A stretch of 64,000 nt of DNA. Source: a virus. Shown here piece by piece: positions 54,094 to 61,700 of the stretch. The notes below the pieces were generated by a model. The model saw nothing but the letters and a program-made list of their open reading frames with translations. It made no database searches and was not told the DNA's origin. A program made the translations under genes and the position numbers. The number at the start of each line of letters is the position of its first letter. Within the stretch, counting starts at the first letter, position 1. The stretch lies in IMG/VR virus record IMGVR_UViG_3300024344_003209, positions 35,224 to 99,223 of that record; one strand, written 5' to 3'.

Positions 54094-54960
54094 TCATTGC
54101 CTTGGATAGCGATGACTATGCAGCTCAAAATCCACGAACGCCGAAAAAACATTAGGGTTTAAGTTATTAAAATCTCCCCTATTTGATATGTTTTTCGATA
54201 CCGTTACCCTGTCTATATGACAATAATTTCCTGTAGCCGAACCTGTATAGCTATAATTTACACCTGTAAATGCGCCTAGAGCATTTAAATTTAAATCGGA
54301 TTGATCTAATATTGGCATGTTTGTTCTAACTGTATCTTTTAAGATCCCGCATACTGCGTCTAATGAAAACATAGAATCACCTAATACTATAGCTCTAGCA
54401 TTTATTATAGTATCATCCATGCCGCCAAAAGCGAACTCCTCATTTCTTCCTCCATTGTCTTTTATGAAAACAGCCGGGTAAGTCTGAGTGCTTGAGTCTA
54501 CCCCAGTAGTCACGTTTATGTCGCTTGTCTTTGGGTTAAGTGTCAGTTTAGTCTCAAAAAGTAACTGTTCTTCTGGCATGCTTGTTAAGAAAACATTAAA
54601 ATCTTTTATTGAGTAATTTCCGCTTATTGTTTTGCCAGCCATAGGATCTGTTTCTCCTTTGAAATAAAGCTGACCTTGCATAAAATTTATAGAATCAAAT
54701 CCACTATTTCCTACTTCGAGCGGACCATCTCCATCTACATATATACCAGTCATTACCGTAGGAGCAGAGCCCCCTGTAACGCTTACGTCGGATACCATTT
54801 GCTTGAATGGAGCGGCATAGACATGATAGTCTTTAAATAGGCTATCTATTTTAAAAAAATTACTTTTTGTATTAGTAAAAGCTTCACCTTTTTGAGTTAC
54901 TTCGTGGTCCACGAACATTAAAAGGCTACTCATTACTTTGTTTTCGAACTGTACCTTCAT
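54094..54960 (-). CDS. Putative tail terminator/completion protein
   Basis: Position before the tube gene; YPAVFI motif. Confidence 0.45.
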   Translation of the reverse strand: MKVQFENKVMSSLLMFVDHEVTQKGEAFTNTKSNFFKIDSLFKDYHVYAAPFKQMVSDVSVTGGSAPTVMTGIYVDGDGPLEVGNSGFDSINFMQGQLYFKGETDPMAGKTISGNYSIKDFNVFLTSMPEEQLLFETKLTLNPKTSDINVTTGVDSSTQTYPAVFIKDNGGRNEEFAFGGMDDTIINARAIVLGDSMFSLDAVCGILKDTVRTNMPILDQSDLNLNALGAFTGVNYSYTGSATGNYCHIDRVTVSKNISNRGDFNNLNPNVFSAFVDFELHSHRYPRQ

Positions 54961-55595
54961 TAGCTTTCTAACCTCCTTCTGTAGTTACTTAATATTTCAG
55001 TTATATAAGGAGTAGTTCTAAAAATCCCACTATTTATTTTTTTCTTTAACTGTATTGCTTTTCCAGATCTAGATTTAGCTGTTAATGATTCTTTTCCTTC
55101 TCCAAATTTAAAATACATATAATTACTATATCCGGAGATGCCTTTCTCTATTCCCTCTACCCAACTATTACCACTTTCCCAAGGCATTCTAGATACTAAA
55201 TCAAAAGCAGCAAAAGTAGGAAAGCTAAGCTCATATCTAAAGCCGGTAACTGCACCTTTAGGTCCCCTGTTTTTTTTCTGTCTTCCTGTAAGAGTAAGGC
55301 TAGATTTCAATATTTCCCTAACAGGCAGCAATGGATCTGAAGACTTATTGAATCCTATAAAACTAAATAAATTACCTTCTCCGCTTAGAGTGTTTGATAA
55401 ATTGATTCCGTCTGGGCCTTGAGCTATTTCTTTAGTTACTACGTGGCTATCAAACTCTCTTAAAGCTACTCCTTTTAGACCTCCTACTCTTTTTCGCAAT
55501 ATAGTGTCTGCCTGAGAAGCTACGGCCGCAGAATTCCTAACAGCCTTTTCTAGAAAATCTTTTTTTAGAAACTGTTTTAAAGTAACTACAGCCAT
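54960..55595 (-). CDS. Putative neck/tail completion protein
   Basis: Basic 211-aa protein in the head-tail joining position. Confidence 0.45.
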   Translation of the reverse strand: MAVVTLKQFLKKDFLEKAVRNSAAVASQADTILRKRVGGLKGVALREFDSHVVTKEIAQGPDGINLSNTLSGEGNLFSFIGFNKSSDPLLPVREILKSSLTLTGRQKKNRGPKGAVTGFRYELSFPTFAAFDLVSRMPWESGNSWVEGIEKGISGYSNYMYFKFGEGKESLTAKSRSGKAIQLKKKINSGIFRTTPYITEILSNYRRRLES

Positions 55596-56035
55596 TATTT
55601 TGTAGCCTCCAATCTATATACAAAAAACTTACTATCAAGGAAACTCCTATTTGCGTCTTCAGAAACGATTTTAAACGATTTATTATCAAAAGTGATTTTT
55701 TCTGTTTTGCCTTTGTCTATATAATTCCTAGCGTTTTCCTGTACTTTTATGTAAACGTTTCCTACTGATATGTTTTGTGGGATATCAGCTAGCCTCTCCG
55801 TCTCTTGGTTCATGTCGTACCTTATCGTGGCGCTATAAATTCCAGAAACAGGCTCGTAGGTATAATTTACAGAACTAGCAGGATCGCCATACCCGAATAG
55901 AGAAGCAGTATTGACCTGAGAAATTACCTTACGCGGCTCTTTGTGTACGACAATTTCCCTTTTAAAAGTATCGAATATGTCAGTAAAGATTCCGGTAAGT
56001 TTTTGTTTCTCTGCATCTGATATAAGACTAGGCAT
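55595..56035 (-). CDS. Putative head closure (stopper) protein
   Basis: 146 aa, beta-rich; inferred from synteny. Confidence 0.45.
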   Translation of the reverse strand: MPSLISDAEKQKLTGIFTDIFDTFKREIVVHKEPRKVISQVNTASLFGYGDPASSVNYTYEPVSGIYSATIRYDMNQETERLADIPQNISVGNVYIKVQENARNYIDKGKTEKITFDNKSFKIVSEDANRSFLDSKFFVYRLEATK

Positions 56036-56571
56036 TAGTTATATGTATATACTTGAGTTCTTATGAACTTATCATCTCCCCCATGGTGCCCCTTAATAGT
56101 GTCGTCTCCGACAACTTGTCTAGGCTTAAGTTGGGCTCTTCTGTAATCACTAATAAGATCCTTCATTTCTTGATACTCTTGTTTTTTAAGAGTAGTTAAA
56201 GATCTAACAACTTCATTTTTATTAATTTTTCTTACTGTTGAGCCTTGGTCAGTAACCTGAATAATAGTATCATCATTTGCACTAGTTATATTTGTTCTTA
56301 TTTCTCTATCATAGTAATGAATTAAAAACATCTTTTTGAGAACAGAAGCCTCATCAAAAGTTATTTCTTTTGTAACTAATGTATTATCGTTTTTTTCGTC
56401 TATTTTTTGGGTTATTTCGTACGAAGAAGAATCTACTTCAAAAAAAGTATTAATATGATTATTTAATCTGCCAATATTAGACCTAACCCAATAAGAAATA
56501 GAAGCTATGGAATAAGTAGACGGCTCGCCTATTTCTCTATAAAGCTCGTCAGCTATGTCAACTACTTTCAT
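56035..56571 (-). CDS. Putative head-tail adaptor
   Basis: 178 aa, helical; first gene of the joining cluster. Confidence 0.45.
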   Translation of the reverse strand: MKVVDIADELYREIGEPSTYSIASISYWVRSNIGRLNNHINTFFEVDSSSYEITQKIDEKNDNTLVTKEITFDEASVLKKMFLIHYYDREIRTNITSANDDTIIQVTDQGSTVRKINKNEVVRSLTTLKKQEYQEMKDLISDYRRAQLKPRQVVGDDTIKGHHGGDDKFIRTQVYTYN

Positions 56572-56578
56572 CTGTAAA

Positions 56579-56586
56579 TATTACAC
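56579..56586 (-). promoter_or_regulatory. Putative late promoter motif GTGTAATA
   Basis: Lies directly after a terminator and 7 nt before ATG 56571. Confidence 0.65.
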
Positions 56587-56590
56587 TAAT

Positions 56591-56627
56591 AAAAGAAAAA
56601 AGGGCAACCTAAAAGAAGGTTACCCTT
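56591..56627 (-). terminator. Intrinsic terminator
   Basis: AAGGGTAACCT-TCTTTT-AGGTTGCCCTT followed by TTTTCTTTT. Confidence 0.8.
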
Positions 56628-56668
56628 GATATCGGAACATACCCTTGTTGTGAACAACAGCTCCTAAA

Positions 56669-56872
56669 TTAAGCCTGAGAGCCTTGTACTAGCTCAGCTA
56701 GGACTCTAGCGCAACCATCAACAGCGGCATGCTCTTCGTATGTCAATCTTGCTTGACGAGCAGCAGCAGCAAGCGTATTAAGCGCCTGCTCTGGTGTTGG
56801 CGTCTGCGCAGACGCCTCTTGAGGGGCTGCATCTTCAACAGTTGGGGTATCGATTACGTTTTCTTCACTCAT
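56669..56872 (-). CDS. Small acidic hypothetical protein
   Basis: 67 aa; disordered N-terminus followed by a two-helix unit (LT.EEH). Confidence 0.65.
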   Translation of the reverse strand: MSEENVIDTPTVEDAAPQEASAQTPTPEQALNTLAAAARQARLTYEEHAAVDGCARVLAELVQGSQA

Positions 56873-56915
56873 ATCACAAAGTCATACAAAGAAACGATAA
56901 AAAAATCAAAAAAAA

Positions 56916-57230
56916 TTAACTTACTGATGGAGCAGTTAATACTCCAGTATACAAATCAGGTGCGTCTTTTTGCGCATCAATTTGACCAGCTAAGTTAGTT
57001 TTCCAATCTCCAAAGTCAGCAGCTCCATTACATATAGAAGATAAATCTAAGTCTTCTCCTGCTACCCTTTCTACTCCAGTTAACTGCACTGTTGTGTCTA
57101 TATAAGCGCTATAATCACCGTCTGTAGCCGACATACCTACTACTACTTCGCAGATTTTTCCTTCGTCAGGATCTCCTGCCTTACAGACGCATTTAGCTTC
57201 TATTCTTGAAAATGTATATTCTATTGCCAT
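56916..57230 (-). CDS. Small fibre-associated protein, paralog B
   Basis: MAIEYTFSR ... YTGVLTAPSVS. Confidence 0.7.
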   Translation of the reverse strand: MAIEYTFSRIEAKCVCKAGDPDEGKICEVVVGMSATDGDYSAYIDTTVQLTGVERVAGEDLDLSSICNGAADFGDWKTNLAGQIDAQKDAPDLYTGVLTAPSVS

Positions 57231-57247
57231 TTTATAAACCTTTTAAG

Positions 57248-57571
57248 TTAAGAAACGCTAGGAGGACTTAAGACTCCTGTCCATTCATGAGGCACTTCCT
57301 GTTGTCCAGAAATGTTTTCCTGAATTACATCTTTAACGTTATTGTCTGATACGAATCCATTAAGCAGGGCATCCAAATCAAGTGCAGACGGAGCAACGCT
57401 AGCGTCACCAGAAAGATTTATGTCATGGTTAGCATAAGCTTCGTAAGTTACCCCATTTACTGTTTCTTCGCCTTTTAAAGTGAACTCTACCTTTGTTGTT
57501 TTTTCGTTAGAGCCATCTGTATCGCTTGTGCAAAGAGGATTAACTCTACTAAATGTATATTCTATAGCCAT
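57248..57571 (-). CDS. Small fibre-associated protein, paralog A
   Basis: MAIEYTFSR ... WTGVLSPPSVS. Confidence 0.7.
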   Translation of the reverse strand: MAIEYTFSRVNPLCTSDTDGSNEKTTKVEFTLKGEETVNGVTYEAYANHDINLSGDASVAPSALDLDALLNGFVSDNNVKDVIQENISGQQEVPHEWTGVLSPPSVS

Positions 57572-57598
57572 TTTATCTTAAAATCCTTTTCTTTTTAT

Positions 57599-57606
57599 TA
57601 TTACAC
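57599..57606 (-). promoter_or_regulatory. Putative late promoter motif GTGTAATA
   Basis: Intergenic before ATG 57571. Confidence 0.6.
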
Positions 57607-57609
57607 ATT

Positions 57610-58710
57610 CTATGTAGCCTCGAGAACCTCTGGCTGAAGTACCGGCTGTTGTTGTTGAGGCATTGGTATGCCTTGTGGTTGACCGCCAAACAAGCCCTGT
57701 TGAGGAGGCATCCCTTGTGGTGGCATCCCTTGTGGAGGGCAAGGTTGCCCCGGGCCACATCCTTGTTGTTGAGGTGGAGGAGCCATACTCATTAGACTTT
57801 TAGGGAATTTAGTATCTTTTTGCCTTTTTAAGCTTTTAACAACTTTATCTATATCAAAAATATTATCATCTTTAAATGGGCACATGTGAGGTTGACCAGA
57901 TATATCTAAATCTCCTAAATAGCTATCAATTAAATGAGTTTTCTTTAATGTTACATTACTTACTATATTATCATGAAAATGCTCATAACCTAAAGCTTTA
58001 ACATTATCCATTGGCCATAATACAGTAGATTTTTTGCCTAAAGCCATAGCTGCATGCTGAGCAAAACTATCAATAAATAATCTTTTACTAGACCATTTTA
58101 TTAATGCTATTAATTCTCTAACATTTGGGCTTGAAACCCAAGACATATTCTCAAAACCGGGTTGATGTTCAGTCCTTATTTGAACTAGATTATAATTTTC
58201 AAAAAACGGCTCAATCATTTTTAAGACATTTGGCAACGGTGCATCCCTTACCCAAGACATAGGAGCTCTGTCCGCAGTCATAGCCCCGCCGTTAGTTTGA
58301 ATTAAAAAAATTGGCTTATCTGAAGAACCAAATTGCATCCTAGCCTGTTCGGATTCTGAATGAGTTAAGTAAATTTCAGGTTTTTCTCCACTATAATCAA
58401 CCCCTAAAAGCTCGCACCAAGCTTGAATACAATGAACTTTTTTATTAATGTAGCCATGGTGGTGGTATGGCTCTTGTTTCATAATTAGAGTATCTTTATC
58501 TCTAATATAATCTTCGAAAATGTAAGGGGTATTACCTAATTGATAAAATCTTTCAACATTTGGGTTGTTAAACCAAATAGCTGGCCATGAGCCAATAGTG
58601 ATAATATCTCTGTCTGGGTACTTCTTTTTGATAGCCGCGGCAACCGCAGTTGCCATGATATTCTTACCGATTCCGCCTTCTACATGGAAGATAATATTCT
58701 TGTCATTCAC
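57610..58710 (-). CDS. GT9-like glycosyltransferase with Gln/Pro-rich tail
   Basis: EGGIGKNIMAT..IKKKYPD, HCIQAW, IALIK.S..LFIDSFAQHAAMALGKKSTVLW; GTG start. Confidence 0.75.
   Translation of the reverse strand: MNDKNIIFHVEGGIGKNIMATAVAAAIKKKYPDRDIITIGSWPAIWFNNPNVERFYQLGNTPYIFEDYIRDKDTLIMKQEPYHHHGYINKKVHCIQAWCELLGVDYSGEKPEIYLTHSESEQARMQFGSSDKPIFLIQTNGGAMTADRAPMSWVRDAPLPNVLKMIEPFFENYNLVQIRTEHQPGFENMSWVSSPNVRELIALIKWSSKRLFIDSFAQHAAMALGKKSTVLWPMDNVKALGYEHFHDNIVSNVTLKKTHLIDSYLGDLDISGQPHMCPFKDDNIFDIDKVVKSLKRQKDTKFPKSLMSMAPPPQQQGCGPGQPCPPQGMPPQGMPPQQGLFGGQPQGIPMPQQQQPVLQPEVLEAT
57704..57733. repeat. 15-bp tandem repeat encoding (QGMPP)x2
   Basis: ggaggcatcccttgt / ggtggcatcccttgt. Confidence 0.8.
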
Positions 58711-58758
58711 AAATAGTTATATTATTATCTTGTGATTTAGACTAAAAAATATTTTTGC

Positions 58759-61700
58759 CTAGTCGCCATTAAGTGCTTGATAATCCGACATATTCCTAAC
58801 TAACGTATGGGAAGAAACACTCCTATTACCTTCTTCGTTTTCTTCTCCTTCGTATTCTACTGAAGATTTCACAAAAGGAGAATCTCCATTAATATCCCTA
58901 GAAGTTCCCGCCCATGCGTTTACAGCCGCCGGGTCTTTTCTTGTACCGATCAACAAGACATTATAACACCCATCAAAATTAGAACAGATAACTAAACAAC
59001 ATTGATCAGCAGTGACTTCTCCATAAGCAGATCCAAAATTTTTGTACGGAGATACCCAAACCATATCGTCTTTGTTCAAATGTCTGTAATAATCTGGTAA
59101 AATTATTGTATTAGTACAATTTGTTGTTTCTACTTGCCATCTATATATATTGTCTCCTTCGTTTGGAGACTCGACAAATGAATGCCATAAATCTTTTGTT
59201 GCTGATTTTGCAGGATCTGGGTGCACAATCCTAAATGATCCTGATGATTTGGCTACGGTACCAGAAAAAGTAAAACAGTTTACACATATGCGACCGTTTT
59301 GCATACTGCTATTACCAATAATCATGCAGTTAGATTCTGTGTCAATAACGGTCTCCATCCCGGCGCAATATCCGATCAAAATATTGTTAGACCCGCTGGT
59401 GATATGCCCGCCTGCGCACGCCCCTAAAAAAGTATTACAAGACCCAGTAGCTTGAGCAGAACCTCCAGCAATTCTCCCCACAGCCGTGTTCATATGACCA
59501 GTTGTAAAACCGAATCCTGCTGCAGATCCAACGAAAATATTGCAACATCCGGTGCACAAACACGCTCCTGCGTTGTTCCCCAGAGCCAGATTTTTTTTGC
59601 CAGTTGTTAGAACGCAAAGCGTCGAATCACCCACACTAGTATTGCAATCCCCCGGACAATTATTACAACAACAGCCAACTACACCCTGCATGGAATGAGA
59701 TCCTATAGCGGTATTACGATTCCCTCTAAACACTGACAATGCCTTATGGCCAACAGCAGTATTTTGGCAGCCCGCAGCACAACACAAAGCTTGGTACCCA
59801 AAAGCCGTGTTACACTTAGCGTTAGCCACTTTACATTTAAAAGAGCAGGATCCAAAACCTTGGTTAACACAACCACTTGACTCAGTGCAGCCAGCACTAA
59901 TACCAGTTAAGTTAGAACCATCGCCATAAAAATGACTAGCGCACATATGCTGAGATGCGCATATACAATTTGTTGATTTTATAGTGCCAGCCATGGACAG
60001 ACAGTTACTACAAAGGTAAGAAGATCCAGAACAGAACTTGCCACTATTCATAAAACTAGTGCCACAAACAACAGGACTTTGAACGCAAGTAGGAGCACAT
60101 AAAGTAGCAGCTTCAATCTTAGAGCAATGACAAAGGCACGCTGAAAAAAGCGCCATTTGTCGATTATTATTTATTCTCCAGTCATGACAAGTATCGCATT
60201 TTGCAAAATAAGTCCATTGCCCATCTGCATCAAGGAAGCCCATGTGTTTACTATCAGCGTATGTGTAGCCTTGAATAGTAGTATCGGATGTCTGAAATCT
60301 TATACCAGCGACGGTTCCGTGAGCACTCTTATAATTTAGTAAGTGGCTATCTTGCTTATGAAGACACAAACCATTTATATTTAATATATTAGCAACGTAA
60401 AAATTATTAAGGGCACAGGTGTAAGTACTAGTCAGACATAATCTTGCACTGCCAGCAGCCGAAAGTAACATATTGCCTGATGAATTAATTCTAGCGGAAT
60501 AATTATTGTGAACGTACATGGATAAACATTGCGCATTGTCCGCAGCGTCACCAGAAGACTTCTTAATCCTTAGTATAGAATGGCCAGTACCCATCATGTT
60601 AAGCTGAGTATTCCAGCTTCCCTCATTAGAGTAAGCTTCCCCAATTGCTAAACCTAGATTATCACCAGCCGTAGAAATGCTAGCGCAACCAGTAGAACAA
60701 AGTACAGTAGACTTCACGCAAGTAGTAGCGCAAACCCTAGGAGTATGAAGACAGGTCATAGCACATTGGTATCCAGCCATACTCTTTGAACTAGTTCTCA
60801 AGTCTGTACTAGCGCAATTATAATAACTATCAGTACAAGTTACTCGCTTAAGATACCAAGGAGTACACATGTTCATTGCGTTACAATAGAATAATCCATT
60901 TGTTATGCTTCTTACATGAACCGAGCCGTAGCTCCAAGTACTATCACATTCTCCAAGTAGTATCACGTATCGACCGTCGGAAGTACCTCCACAAGAATGA
61001 TAAGCTAACTTAATACTCTTGTCTGAACAGCCACCTGTTATATGAGCTCCACAGTTGTACCATCGGCAATTCCAGTTGTGCCCACCAACAATAATAGTAG
61101 TAGCATTATTATTATTGTATTCATAAACATCAATAGCTACGTGAACCATTCCATGATGAGTGCTACCGCCTTCTCCATCTAGAGTTGGCAGACCAATTTC
61201 TATGCGGCCAGTTGTGCTGCCGCTTTCTCCCCAAAGAGCTTGAGGCAATCCTCCGGTACGACCTAAGGTAACACCATTTGCCATGTCACCACTCGGATCA
61301 CCAGCTAAACATAAGCGCGGGGAATTCAAATGCCCTGTGCTACAAATTGTAGGCGCTTTCATCGAACCAGTAGCGCAAAGAATAGCAGAACACATACAAC
61401 TACCAGCATATACAAATGTTTCGGAATGCAAATACTTTCCATATATATTACAAGAAAAGTTCGCGCATCTAAATCTATTATTAGTAACTCCTACATCAAT
61501 TTCTGCATCATTATAACCTGATAAGTGGCCGGTATCAAAGGCAAACCTACCTTGCTGTGTTTCTAAGTACATTCCATTAGCGTTATTAACACTTTGTATG
61601 TACCCCCAGCCATTATCATTAGCTGGGCCATAAATCATATAGTTGTCACCTGATCCGCAGAGCTTCAAACGAGTATCATTTGAATTAGTTAAATCAACGT

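Noticed and set aside
52875-56571. Contractile tail sheath gene
   Set aside because: No sheath-sized or sheath-like ORF lies beside the tube gene; morphology cannot be settled from this window alone.
57573-57760. Two alternate-frame ORFs with HHKGC and ATTRD repeats
   Set aside because: They are off-frame readings of the QGMPP tandem repeat in the GT tail.
60180-60205. CxxCH (KCDTCHD) heme-c motif in the fibre
   Set aside because: A single copy in a protein with ~7% Cys is expected by chance; there is no signal peptide and no maturation genes.
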